Below are positions 28,322 to 38,208 of a stretch of DNA of 64,000 nt, in pieces. Position 1 is the stretch's first letter, and the number at the start of each line of letters is the position of its first letter. The notes beneath the pieces were generated by a model that ran no database searches, had not been told where the DNA came from, and saw nothing but the letters and a program-made list of their open reading frames with translations. The stretch lies in contig CAAGIW010000051.1 in the NCBI GenBank assembly GCA_900770025.1, positions 9,284 through 73,283 on the forward strand, in the 5' to 3' direction. A program made the translations under genes and the position numbers. The DNA comes from an uncultured Prevotella sp. GTDB taxonomy: Bacteria; Bacteroidota; Bacteroidia; Bacteroidales; Bacteroidaceae.

Positions 28322-30166
28322 TTATTCTACGGTAACTGATTTAGCCAGATTGCGCGGCTGATCCACATCCTTGCCCTTGCAAACGGCCACGTGATACGCC
28401 AGCAACTGCAACGGTATGGTGGCGAGAAGTGGCTCCAGGCACTCTATAGTGTCGGGCAGTTCTATCACCTCATCCGCAATCCTGCTGATAGTTTCATCGC
28501 CCTCGGTCACCAAGGCGATTACCTTGCCCTTTCGGGCCTTCACCTCCTGTATGTTGCTCAACACCTTTTCATACATGGCATTGTGGGTGGCTATCACCAC
28601 CACAGGCATATCAGAATCGATGAGTGCGATGGGGCCATGCTTCATCTCTGCCGCCGGATAGCCCTCCGCATGTATATAGCTTATTTCTTTCAGTTTCAAG
28701 GCTCCCTCCAGTGCCACAGGATAATTGTACCCACGTCCTAAATACAAGAAGTTGCGTGCATAGGTAAAGATGCGGCTCAAGTCGGCTATCTTGCCGTTCT
28801 GCTCCAGCACCTTTTTCATCTTTGCCGGTATCTCGTGCAATTCCTTTACAATGGAAAGATAGTCGTCACTGGTGATGGTGCCTTTCTCCTTGGCCAGTGC
28901 CAGCGCCAGCATCGACAGCACCGTAACCTGTCCGGTGAATGCCTTGGTGGATGCCACTCCTATCTCTGGTCCCACATGGATATAGGAACCTGTGTTGGTG
29001 GCACGGGGAATACTGGAACCAATGGAGTTGCAGATACCATAAATAAAGGCGCCGTTGGATTTTGCCAAATGCACGGCAGCCAGGGTGTCGGCGGTCTCTC
29101 CACTTTGGGATATGGCTATCACCACATCCTTGGACGTGATGACAGGATTACGGTAGCGGAACTCTGACGCATACTCCACCTCCACGGGAATCCGGCACAG
29201 GCTCTCTATCATCTGCTTGCCTATCAAGGCAGCGTGCCACGAGGTGCCACATGCCACAATGATGATGCGGTGGGCACTCACCAACTGCTTGCGGTAGTCT
29301 ATCACAGCACTGAGCACCACATTGTCGGTATCCACATTCACCCTGCCTCGCATACAGTTGGTCAGACACTCCGGCTGTTCAAATATCTCCTTGAGCATAA
29401 AATGGGGATATCCTCCCTTTTCCAATTGTCCCAGATTCAAATCCACGGTCTGTATTTCGGGCTTGAGCTTTCGGTTCTGTATGTTCACCACCTTGAGGGG
29501 TTCTCCCTTGCGTATCACTGCGATGTTTCCATCTTCAAGATAAACCACCTGATCGGTATATTCCACAATGGGTGTGGCATCTGAACCGAGAAAGAACTCA
29601 TCTTCGCCTATTCCCACCACCAACGGACTCTGCTTGCGAGCAGCGATAATCTGGTTGGGGTCACGCCTGTCTATCAATGCAATGGCATAAGCTCCTATCA
29701 CCTCATGCAGTGCCACCTGTACGGCTGTGAGCAAATCAAAGTTCTTCTGTTCCTGCACGTATTCTATCAGTTGCACCATCACCTCGGTGTCGGTATCTGA
29801 ACGGAAGGTAACTCCCTTGGATATCAGTTTGGCTTTGAGGTCGGCATAGTTTTCAATGATGCCGTTATGAATGATTGCGAGATTTTTGGATTGCGAATAA
29901 TGAGGATGGGCGTTCAATGCCGAAGGCTCTCCATGAGTGGCCCATCTGGTATGCGCTATACCCACAGTACCTGTCACATTCTTCTCGCTGCAATAGTTCA
30001 CGAGGTCATCCACTTTTCCTTTGGCTTTCCACACGTTCAGTTCTCCCTGTTCGTCAATCATCGCCACACCGGCGCTGTCATAGCCTCGATACTCTAATCG
30101 GCGCAATCCTCCAATCAGGATGGGGAATGCCTGTTTATTTCCTATATATCCTACAATACCGCACAT
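28322..30166 (-). CDS. glmS: Glutamine-fructose-6-phosphate transaminase
   Basis: MCGIVG, LEYRGYDSAG, HTRWATHG and PRNLAKSVTVE. Confidence 0.98.
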   Translation of the reverse strand: MCGIVGYIGNKQAFPILIGGLRRLEYRGYDSAGVAMIDEQGELNVWKAKGKVDDLVNYCSEKNVTGTVGIAHTRWATHGEPSALNAHPHYSQSKNLAIIHNGIIENYADLKAKLISKGVTFRSDTDTEVMVQLIEYVQEQKNFDLLTAVQVALHEVIGAYAIALIDRRDPNQIIAARKQSPLVVGIGEDEFFLGSDATPIVEYTDQVVYLEDGNIAVIRKGEPLKVVNIQNRKLKPEIQTVDLNLGQLEKGGYPHFMLKEIFEQPECLTNCMRGRVNVDTDNVVLSAVIDYRKQLVSAHRIIIVACGTSWHAALIGKQMIESLCRIPVEVEYASEFRYRNPVITSKDVVIAISQSGETADTLAAVHLAKSNGAFIYGICNSIGSSIPRATNTGSYIHVGPEIGVASTKAFTGQVTVLSMLALALAKEKGTITSDDYLSIVKELHEIPAKMKKVLEQNGKIADLSRIFTYARNFLYLGRGYNYPVALEGALKLKEISYIHAEGYPAAEMKHGPIALIDSDMPVVVIATHNAMYEKVLSNIQEVKARKGKVIALVTEGDETISRIADEVIELPDTIECLEPLLATIPLQLLAYHVAVCKGKDVDQPRNLAKSVTVE

Positions 30167-30221
30167 AATCTCTTTTTGTTTTCGTTAAACCTACCTCCTT
30201 TGGCATGTCACTGTTGTTCTA

Positions 30222-30313
30222 AACCTCTTTGGAAACAAGCCACTTGTTTCACCAAGACAACCAGCAAAAACCGACACAGCAATCAACATTCTGGTTGCCG
30301 TATAAAAGAGGTT
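30222..30313 (-). promoter_or_regulatory. Candidate structured 5' leader (three-way junction) of glmS
   Basis: Pairings AACCTCTTT/AAAGAGGTT, CAACCAG/CTGGTTG and GAAACAAG/CTTGTTTC within the inferred UTR. Confidence 0.45.
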
Positions 30314-30416
30314 CGTAATCTTCATATCATTTGTCAGTTGTTGTATATATACACGTATGGGAACGGGTGACAAAAATCCGAATCACAGTCACACGCACCC
30401 ACTCCGATTCAACGTG

Positions 30417-30448
30417 CAAATTTACACCTTATTTTTCAAACTACCAAA
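30417..30448 (-). promoter_or_regulatory. Bacteroidota primary-sigma promoter for glmS
   Basis: Minus strand TTTG-N20-TAAATTTG. Confidence 0.7.
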
Positions 30449-30600
30449 TAAGCCATGTTGTAAATCATCAGCATTTTTGCCCTGACAGCACCCAGCGGTC
30501 GCCTGCGCCCTGCCATCCACACCGCCAAACAGCAGAAAATACTCCTCAAAAAGGGACGTATTCTTACTCTTGGAAGCTGGCACAGGCCAGGAAAAATGCC

Positions 30601-31854
30601 CTATCTGCCAGTGGCCTCCTCAGAGAACATATAGCACCATGACGGGAGTTCCACGCCATGCCGCCTTACGAGATTGCCACGTGCACCCAACTTTCGGCCC
30701 GATTTGTTCTTCTCTCCATTGGCGCCATACCGCACCTTGCAGCCCTTGGTCTCCCCACTACACGCTATGACTACCTGGTCGTTTGCTATACTTACGCTTT
30801 GAACAATGTCCTTATTTTCGGGAGTAACCACACGGAATCCGTAGTTAGTTACTTTACTTACGGTGACAGTGTCAAACTCAAGTTGTCCGTAGCACTGGTT
30901 AAACTCGATGACAACCGACTTTCCTTCTGCCTCCACCCTCACAGGATAAAGTCCGCGGTCAGCACGTCCATAGCGCACAATGTCTAACACGGCCTCCGCA
31001 TTGTAGCGGCCTACCACGGTTTGGCTCTTCCCGTCAAGATGCAGTCTGTCGTCCACGAAATCAAGGAAATATACAGGAGTACCGGCCACAAACAGCGAAT
31101 TATCCCTGATCTGCCGCATCTGAGCCTGGGGGATAGAAATCTCATAACAGTCATATTGTTCTGGCATGAAGTCATAACATTTTGTCAGACAGCACGACTG
31201 ATATGCCACTATCTTCACATCCCGCTTCTGTCCTGTCATGCTCTTCACATCCCTGTTGATGTCGTCGGCAAACTGTTTGAGCATTTTTCCGTAATCCACC
31301 TTAGTATAGTCGAACATATCGCTCTCTCCCTGCATCCAGCACACGGCCGGCACAAAAAACTCCATCCCCCCTTTCCGGGCCTCCTTGCACGATTCTCTGA
31401 TATCCTCTATCAGGGCTTCATAAGGATCACTGCCCTTGACGAGATTCGAGATGGCCGTTCCTCCTCTGCCATCGGCAAACACACACACCATCGTGTCCCT
31501 GCCCAAGGCTCTTGCCAAGGCCTCACCCATGGCGTAAGCCGAGTTCTCGTATCTGCGATTGCCATACTTGAAGAGTCTTTTCAAAGCCTTTTTCCAACCT
31601 CTGTCTTCATAATACCCGAATCCGTCAGTCAGTCCCTCTCCCACTACACGTCCCTGCCATTTGTGCGAAAGTTCTTCAATGTCGGTCACCAGTTCCGCCT
31701 CTTCCCCCATGGCCAAACTCTGTCCATACACAGGCACACACACCACCACTTTCGGCTTCTCCCCGTCGTCACATGCCGTCAATCCGCCAACTGTAGCAAT
31801 GGCCAAGGCCATCAGCCGGAGCCAATAATTACACCATTTCATTCTTATCTTCAT
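30601..31854 (-). CDS. SGNH/SASA-type (sialate O-acetylesterase-like) lipoprotein
   Basis: Lipobox-like LTAC; GQSL, WMQGESD and DRLH motifs; start uncertain (31854 or 31842). Confidence 0.7.
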   Translation of the reverse strand: MKIRMKWCNYWLRLMALAIATVGGLTACDDGEKPKVVVCVPVYGQSLAMGEEAELVTDIEELSHKWQGRVVGEGLTDGFGYYEDRGWKKALKRLFKYGNRRYENSAYAMGEALARALGRDTMVCVFADGRGGTAISNLVKGSDPYEALIEDIRESCKEARKGGMEFFVPAVCWMQGESDMFDYTKVDYGKMLKQFADDINRDVKSMTGQKRDVKIVAYQSCCLTKCYDFMPEQYDCYEISIPQAQMRQIRDNSLFVAGTPVYFLDFVDDRLHLDGKSQTVVGRYNAEAVLDIVRYGRADRGLYPVRVEAEGKSVVIEFNQCYGQLEFDTVTVSKVTNYGFRVVTPENKDIVQSVSIANDQVVIACSGETKGCKVRYGANGEKNKSGRKLGARGNLVRRHGVELPSWCYMFSEEATGR

Positions 31855-32035
31855 TACTTCAAAATCAAGTTTGCAGCAAAAAACACGATGCAAAGTACGA
31901 AAAACATTTGACAATTCACTCATCATTTGAAAGAAAATGGTGCCGAAAATGGAAAAAACATCCTCAAAACCTTTGCAGTGTCAAAAAATATCACAATATT
32001 TACACCAACAAAGACCCTATAACACAAAAAAAGTC

Positions 32036-33031
32036 ATGGATGACAACATACAGATAAGTGTGATCATTCCGGTATATAACACCCAGAAGTATTTAGAAAG
32101 ATGCGTCAATGGTGTCATGGCCAACAAGGGCCTCGGTATGGAGATAATTCTTGTGGACGATGGTTCCACCGATGCCTCTCCCGCCATCTGCGACCAGCTT
32201 GCTGCCCAATATCCTTTCATCACAGCCCTCCATATTCCCAATTCAGGTCCTGCCTCTGCAAAAAACAGGGGACTTGACATGGCCCGGGGCACATTTGTGG
32301 CAATGATTGACAGCGATGACGAACCGATGCACAACATGTTTGTCCGCATGATGGAAGAGGCCACCACCCACGATGCTGACATTGTGTGCTGCAACTATCT
32401 CGAAAGATATGAAGACGGCACCACACGCTCCTTCGACTATACACACCAAGCCATCGTGCTCAACCACGAACGGGGGGTTGAACACTTTCTGATGAAAAGG
32501 AAGATATACACCCAATGCTGGACAAAGATATACAGGCGACAGATGCTTGAACAGTTCAAGATACGCAATGTGGAAGGACTGAAGACCGACGAAGACTTCA
32601 TATTCAACATCAGTTGTTTCGTCCATGCCCGGACTACGTGCGTGATTGACGCTCCACTATACATCTATTCCATGAGAGACACGTCGCTTTCGAAAGACTT
32701 TTTCAACAAAGACATCAACGCCTATATCGACAACCGCCTGCTGCGCTTTAACATAGTGGAACGGGAACTGACGGCATACGCCCCCAAGAACTTGAGGCAC
32801 GCCGTATTCAACAGACTGTTCTACTCCAACGAACTGCTCGGTCGCATTGCTCTGTTTCCTACACATTACCACGACAAGCGCACCAGAAGCGTCATCCGAT
32901 ACATGCGCCGCCACATCCTGTATGCGCTTTCCGTACATCGGCAGATTGGCTTCAGTCTGGCCGGTTGCCTGATGCTTCTGCTTCCCACAACGGTCTATAT
33001 GAGATACCGTCACCGCAAACTAAACCCGTGA
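32036..33031 (+). CDS. GT2 family glycosyltransferase
   Basis: ISVIIPVYN, VDDGSTD and IDSDD; start reassigned to 32036. Confidence 0.9.
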   Translation: MDDNIQISVIIPVYNTQKYLERCVNGVMANKGLGMEIILVDDGSTDASPAICDQLAAQYPFITALHIPNSGPASAKNRGLDMARGTFVAMIDSDDEPMHNMFVRMMEEATTHDADIVCCNYLERYEDGTTRSFDYTHQAIVLNHERGVEHFLMKRKIYTQCWTKIYRRQMLEQFKIRNVEGLKTDEDFIFNISCFVHARTTCVIDAPLYIYSMRDTSLSKDFFNKDINAYIDNRLLRFNIVERELTAYAPKNLRHAVFNRLFYSNELLGRIALFPTHYHDKRTRSVIRYMRRHILYALSVHRQIGFSLAGCLMLLLPTTVYMRYRHRKLNP

Positions 33032-33036
33032 TCAGC

Positions 33037-33840
33037 ATGGCAAAATACACGATTATAACCATCAACTACAACAACGGCAAGGAACTGTGCCGCACCATAG
33101 AGAGCGTGATAAACCAGACTTTCAGAGACATCGAATACATCGTCATTGACGGCGGCTCTACGGATGAGAGTGTGGACATCATCAAACAACATGCTTCCCA
33201 CATCAACTTCTGGGTATCTGAAAGAGACAACGGCGTATATCATGCCATGAACAAGGCTCTGCAACATGCTCATGGAGAATATGTGAACTTTATGAACTCT
33301 GGAGATTCATTCTACTCGCCACGGGTGCTTGAAGAGATTGACCGCCTCATCGGGGATGCCGACATACTGTTCGGAAACGTATGCGACCCCGAATCCGGCC
33401 GGATATACGGAGGTGTACCGGTTAGCAGTGAGGTGACTCTGCTCACCTTAAAGAAAGAGATACTCTGCCATCAGGGCACTTTCTACCGTCGTCGGATATT
33501 TGACCGCTATCCCTACGACGAGAGTCTCCAGCTGATTGCCGACTGGAAAGTGAACGTACAGGCCATTGTGCTTGACCATTGCAAGGTGAAGGTGGTCGAT
33601 ACGCTCGTGGCCAACTACGACCTCACAGGCATGAGCAGCACCCAAAGCCGGCTGCATGAGGAAGAGCGCAAAAGAGTGATGAAGGAACTTTTCCCCGAAC
33701 GCATACTACAGGATTATGAACACCTGTACACGGAAAGGGAGATGCCAATCGTCAGTCTGCTGCCAGAACTGAAGAAAAGGGGACGGGTGCAGAAGATTGT
33801 TTACTTATTTGCGAAATACGTTTTGAAACTAACAAAATAA
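33037..33840 (+). CDS. GT2 family glycosyltransferase (WfgS/WcaE-like)
   Basis: IITINYNN, IDGGSTD, YHAMNK and FMNSGD; start 33037. Confidence 0.9.
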   Translation: MAKYTIITINYNNGKELCRTIESVINQTFRDIEYIVIDGGSTDESVDIIKQHASHINFWVSERDNGVYHAMNKALQHAHGEYVNFMNSGDSFYSPRVLEEIDRLIGDADILFGNVCDPESGRIYGGVPVSSEVTLLTLKKEILCHQGTFYRRRIFDRYPYDESLQLIADWKVNVQAIVLDHCKVKVVDTLVANYDLTGMSSTQSRLHEEERKRVMKELFPERILQDYEHLYTEREMPIVSLLPELKKRGRVQKIVYLFAKYVLKLTK

Positions 33841-34758
33841 CTTGGCATACATCTCTGACAACAAGAACATCATCCTATTGGGGACACTGTAGTTCATATT
33901 GCGCCATATACCATTTGACTCTGGAAATAAAACGGCCCACTTCCTAACGTTTCTATGTGTTCTATCTAAGACATAAATAGACTTGCATAAAAATTTCCTC
34001 TGCAATAATTCCGGCTCTAACATGTCATAAACTCCCTTTTCCCGATAAAACCTTTCTACCGCTCTTATTGCATTGGCAAAACTTTGAATCCTATTGTCAC
34101 TATTTGTACTGCAATAATTGTTAGGATTGTATTGTACATAGTGGTAGAGAGCCTTGTCAACAGACGAAAAAGATTTGGCAAAAAAGAATAACTTGCAACA
34201 GAAAATATAATCCTCTCCAAACTGGATGTCTGGAATAAATGACAACTTGTTTTGAACAATCAAATCACGACGAATGAGCAATTTCCACAGAACCCCCTTT
34301 ATCCTCAACAGCGTCATGGCCTTCATTGCCTCAATATGATCAGATGGATAATGCTGCTTACAGACAACCCTTGTATCCGGATAATCCTCATAATAATCAC
34401 ATCCCACAACATCCGCCTTGGAACAGATGGCCTTATCAACCAGTTCTTCCACCATATTCTTCTCAATCCAATCATCACTGTCAACAAAGAGTATATAATC
34501 TCCGCTTGCATTTTCAAGAAGAGTGTTTCTTACTTTTGCGATTCCTTGGTTTTCAGAATTGTTGATGATTTTCACCATTGTTGCACGCAACGGATACCTT
34601 TGCAATTCACTGCGAAGTATTGTCATGCTGTTATCTGGAGTACAATCATTGACAAAAACATATTCGATTTCTGGATATGTCTGTGAAAACAATGTTTCTA
34701 AACATCTGGAGAAAAACTTCTCAACATTGTAAACAGGTACTAAGATTGAAATCTTCAT
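33829..34758 (-). CDS. GT2 family glycosyltransferase (AT-rich)
   Basis: MKISILVPVYN, VNDCTPD and FVDSDD; start reassigned to 34758. Confidence 0.9.
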   Translation of the reverse strand: MKISILVPVYNVEKFFSRCLETLFSQTYPEIEYVFVNDCTPDNSMTILRSELQRYPLRATMVKIINNSENQGIAKVRNTLLENASGDYILFVDSDDWIEKNMVEELVDKAICSKADVVGCDYYEDYPDTRVVCKQHYPSDHIEAMKAMTLLRIKGVLWKLLIRRDLIVQNKLSFIPDIQFGEDYIFCCKLFFFAKSFSSVDKALYHYVQYNPNNYCSTNSDNRIQSFANAIRAVERFYREKGVYDMLEPELLQRKFLCKSIYVLDRTHRNVRKWAVLFPESNGIWRNMNYSVPNRMMFLLSEMYAKLFC

Positions 34759-34759
34759 A

Positions 34760-34864
34760 ATATAGAATTTCGCGACCGAAGTTTCAGGAGTAATCTCTTG
34801 AGTGGAGCGTGTCGGGATGTTCAACTATCTCCGTAGAGGAATGATATAACGTCAAATTAGTCAT
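34760..34864 (-). pseudogene. Truncated DUF3990 remnant
   Basis: Reads MTNLTLYHSSTEIVEHPDTLHSRDYS*NFGR, then FY in a shifted frame. Aligns to the intact DUF3990 N-terminus at 51323 (LYHGSNVEVVKPDLHKSKPYKDFGQGFY). ATG overlaps the DUF3791 stop. Confidence 0.75.
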
Positions 34865-35085
34865 GAGATAACTCCTTTTTCTTTCATATAGTCAACTATG
34901 TCATCTGTAAGATAGCGAGAACTGAATGTGTGCAATACATCGTATGATGGCACTATATAATCGTCAAGGATACCTGACTCTTTCAACTTTTGATATACCT
35001 TATTAGGTGATAGGTTCAAACGCTGTGAAACACGACCGATACAGAATGTCACAAATTGCAAAATATCCTTATCCAACATAATCAC
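34861..35085 (-). CDS. DUF3791 family protein
   Basis: FVTFCI..YDVLHTFS..DDIVDY; similar to 51102..51323. Confidence 0.8.
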   Translation of the reverse strand: MIMLDKDILQFVTFCIGRVSQRLNLSPNKVYQKLKESGILDDYIVPSYDVLHTFSSRYLTDDIVDYMKEKGVIS

Positions 35086-36206
35086 ATATTCAATATTCGT
35101 TCAACAATCGGAGCCATGTCGTAATACTTGTATTCTGCCAAGCGGCCGCCAAACACCACATCCTTTTCCGCATCTGCCAGGGCCTTGTATCGGGCATACA
35201 GTTCCATGTTGCGGGTGTCGTTCACGGGGTAATAGGGTTCCAGGCCCTCGTGCCACTCCTGCGGATATTCCTTAGACACTATCGTCATGGGAATCTCATA
35301 GACACTGTCGCCGAACATCTCGAAATGCTTGTGCTCGATGGTTCTCGTGTAGGGCACATCGGCCGAGGTATAGTTCACCACAGCGTTTCCCTGATAGTTG
35401 GCCACCTCGTGCTTCTCGTGCTCAAACCTGAGACTGCGATACTCCAGTTTTCCGTATCTGTAGGCATAAAACTCGTCTATCTTTCCCGTAAACACCAGTC
35501 TCTCCGCATAGGTTCTCCAATTCGCCATGCAGGGTTTGTCGGCACATTGGTCAAAGAAATCCACGCCCACCAAGGTGTCGCAGTCCTTCAGCAGTCCGTC
35601 TATCAGCTTGTTGTATCCACCTATGGGGATGCCCTGATACAGGTCGTTGAAATAATTGTTGTCGAAGACGAATCTCACGGGCAATCGCTTGATGATGAAC
35701 GGCGGCAGGTCAACACACTTCCTGCCCCACTGCTTCTCGGTGTATTCCTTGATAAGCACCTCATATATGTCTCTGCCCACAAGCATCAGGGCCTGCTCTT
35801 CCAAGTTCTGCGGTTCCCGTCCGTCCAGTTTTTCCTTGGCCTCTCGCCGCTGCTCCTCAATCATCCTCATGGCTTCGGCCGGTGTGGATATGTTCCACAT
35901 CCGTGCAAAGGTGTTCATGTTGAACGGCAGATTGAACAGTCTGTCCTTATATCGGGCCAAGGGTGAGTTTGTGTATCTGTTGAAGGGCACGATGGAGTTC
36001 ACAAAGTCCCACACCTCCCTGTTGGATGTATGGAAGATGTGCGCGCCATACTTGTGCACATTGATACCACCCACGTTCTCGCAATATATATTGCCGCCCA
36101 AATGGCCGCGCCTGTCAATCACAAGACATCTCTTGCCCTGCCGCGAAAGCCTGCAGGCCATCATAGAGCCATACAGTCCTGCTCCAACTATCAGATAATC
36201 ATACAT
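35082..36206 (-). CDS. glf: UDP-galactopyranose mutase
   Basis: VGAGLYG, HKYGAHIFHT, YTEKQWG and GRLAEYKYYDM. Confidence 0.97.
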   Translation of the reverse strand: MYDYLIVGAGLYGSMMACRLSRQGKRCLVIDRRGHLGGNIYCENVGGINVHKYGAHIFHTSNREVWDFVNSIVPFNRYTNSPLARYKDRLFNLPFNMNTFARMWNISTPAEAMRMIEEQRREAKEKLDGREPQNLEEQALMLVGRDIYEVLIKEYTEKQWGRKCVDLPPFIIKRLPVRFVFDNNYFNDLYQGIPIGGYNKLIDGLLKDCDTLVGVDFFDQCADKPCMANWRTYAERLVFTGKIDEFYAYRYGKLEYRSLRFEHEKHEVANYQGNAVVNYTSADVPYTRTIEHKHFEMFGDSVYEIPMTIVSKEYPQEWHEGLEPYYPVNDTRNMELYARYKALADAEKDVVFGGRLAEYKYYDMAPIVERILNM

Positions 36207-36210
36207 GATG

Positions 36211-36242
36211 CAAATATAACCTTTTTTCTCTTAACCCGCAAA
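36211..36242 (-). promoter_or_regulatory. Promoter for glf (probably leaderless)
   Basis: TTTG-N20-TATATTTG-CATC-ATG on the minus strand. Confidence 0.7.
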
Positions 36243-36622
36243 CTTATTGGCCTTATCCTTCAGGTGGGTTCCATAAATTACCATCGCCGTCATCACGGCA
36301 CATCCCCAAAACCTCTGACTGCGCCCTCGTTTTGTTCCTGATGCCAAAAACATACGCCGTACAGTTTCAAATCGGCCCTTAAAATGTGAAATAGATTTAA
36401 ATATGAACCAAGAAATTAACATTTTGAATACTCAAAAAAAGGCATTTTTGAGACTGTTTTTGCATAAATATGCATGGTTTTGCATATTTATGCAGTGCGA
36501 TGGGAGGCATTTTGCGGTGCAGAGGGCGCAAAACAGACATTTCGGACACAATATTTCTCATATCGAACACCCAAAGACCACCATTCACTTGATGGGATGC
36601 TGAACCACAATTCACGGCAAAC

Positions 36623-36754
36623 GGGTTGCAAAACGCACCATTTTGGATTGCAAAACGCACCATTTTGGGTTGCAAAACGCACCATTTTGGAATGCAAAAG
36701 TGCCACTTTTGGAATGCAAAACTGGCACTTTTGGAATGCAAAATCGGCAGTTTT
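36623..36754 (-). repeat. 22-bp tandem array B (6 units, AAAA-N7-TTTT-GCA(T/A)(T/C)CC)
   Basis: Read directly; cores CTGCCGA, GTGCCAG, GTGGCAC and TGGTGCG x3. Confidence 0.93.
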
Positions 36755-37320
36755 AGAAACTGACAATAATTGTTCTGGAATTTAAAGAGCCTTTGGCATC
36801 TTTTCAGAACGTCCGTTATCAGCTTATTCTCAACCACTTATCTCTCCACCAAATCACCTTTTCATTCTTCCATCTCCTACTCTCGGGGAGGTCGGGAGAA
36901 GACTACTGTTTCCATCTTCCATAGGGAGGTTAGAAGGGGCCACAGGGGTTTCAGGGTACCTTTCGTTCTATTTTGTCAATAATTCTTATTTTCCTCCTTT
37001 GCAAATCACTGACATTCAACGCATTCAGCAAAACTTTCGTTCTAACGCATTATTTTGAAGTCGCCTTCACTATAGTCCAGAGCATCGAAAAAAGTGGCTC
37101 AGATCGAAAATGCATAAATATTCATTTTAACAATTCAATACTGATACTTTATATCTTTTAACAAACAGAGTGCACGACAGAGCAACCTGCCGCACAACGG
37201 TATTGTACACCCTATCCATGCTCCCCTCTATCGCCTGCGGATGGAGTGGAATTTTAACGACATACTGTTGTGGGATTCACGGATTTTGTCTATATTTGCA
37301 TCGAAATAATTTACACCACC

Positions 37321-38193
37321 ATGAAAGGAATCGTTTTAGCAGGAGGTAGCGGTACAAGACTCTACCCCATCACCAAAGGAATCAGCAAGCAACTCATCCC
37401 AATCTTCGACAAACCGATGATATACTACCCGGTGTCTGTGCTCATGCTCGCCGGCATCAGGGAGATTCTGATTATCAGCACTCCTACAGACCTGCCCGGT
37501 TTCAAACGACTGTTGGGCGATGGCAGCGACTATGGCGTGAAGTTTGAATATGCAGAACAGCCTTCACCCGATGGCTTGGCCCAGGCTTTCATCATCGGCG
37601 AAGAGTTTATTGGCACCGACTCTGTGTGTCTGGTTTTGGGCGACAATATCTTCTACGGAAGCGGTTTCTCTGCATTGCTGAAGCAAAGCGTGGAGAACGC
37701 AGAGAAGAATGGCGAGGCAACCGTGTTCGGCTACTATGTGAACGACCCCGAACGCTATGGTGTGGCAGAGTTTGACGAAAGCGGACGCTGCCTCAGCATC
37801 GAGGAAAAGCCCCAGCACCCCAAGTCGAACTATGCGGTGGTGGGCTTGTATTTTTATCCCAACAGCGTGGTGGAGATTGCCAAGAACATCAAGCCCAGCG
37901 CACGAGGAGAGTTGGAGATAACCACCGTGAACCAGGAATATCTGGCCAGCAACACCCTCAAGGTGCTGCCCCTGCAGCGCGGATTTGCATGGCTCGACAC
38001 CGGTACACACGACAGTTTGAGCGAGGCCAGCACCTTCATTGAAGTAATAGAAAAGAGGCAAGGCCTGAAAGTGGCTTGCCTCGAAGAGATTGCATACAAG
38101 AAAGGATGGATTGATGCAGACAAGCTGCGCCAGCTTGCCGCACCCATGCTGAAGAACGACTACGGCAAGTACCTGCTTGACATCATCAAGTAG
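37321..38193 (+). CDS. rfbA: Glucose-1-phosphate thymidylyltransferase
   Basis: [25 protein letters not shown] and WLDTGT; TATATTTG -7 element at 37291. Confidence 0.97.
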   Translation: MKGIVLAGGSGTRLYPITKGISKQLIPIFDKPMIYYPVSVLMLAGIREILIISTPTDLPGFKRLLGDGSDYGVKFEYAEQPSPDGLAQAFIIGEEFIGTDSVCLVLGDNIFYGSGFSALLKQSVENAEKNGEATVFGYYVNDPERYGVAEFDESGRCLSIEEKPQHPKSNYAVVGLYFYPNSVVEIAKNIKPSARGELEITTVNQEYLASNTLKVLPLQRGFAWLDTGTHDSLSEASTFIEVIEKRQGLKVACLEEIAYKKGWIDADKLRQLAAPMLKNDYGKYLLDIIK

Positions 38194-38208
38194 GGGAAGC
38201 CTGCCGAA

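Noticed and set aside
30167..30416. Canonical glmS ribozyme
   Set aside because: The conserved AGCGCC cleavage-site core and the downstream GACGAGG motif are not visible on the sense strand.
12621..36892. 24-kb site-specific invertible region bounded by elements A and B
   Set aside because: The copies are clearly diverged, no recombinase is in the window, and the interval is housekeeping DNA. It is kept only as a testable side note.
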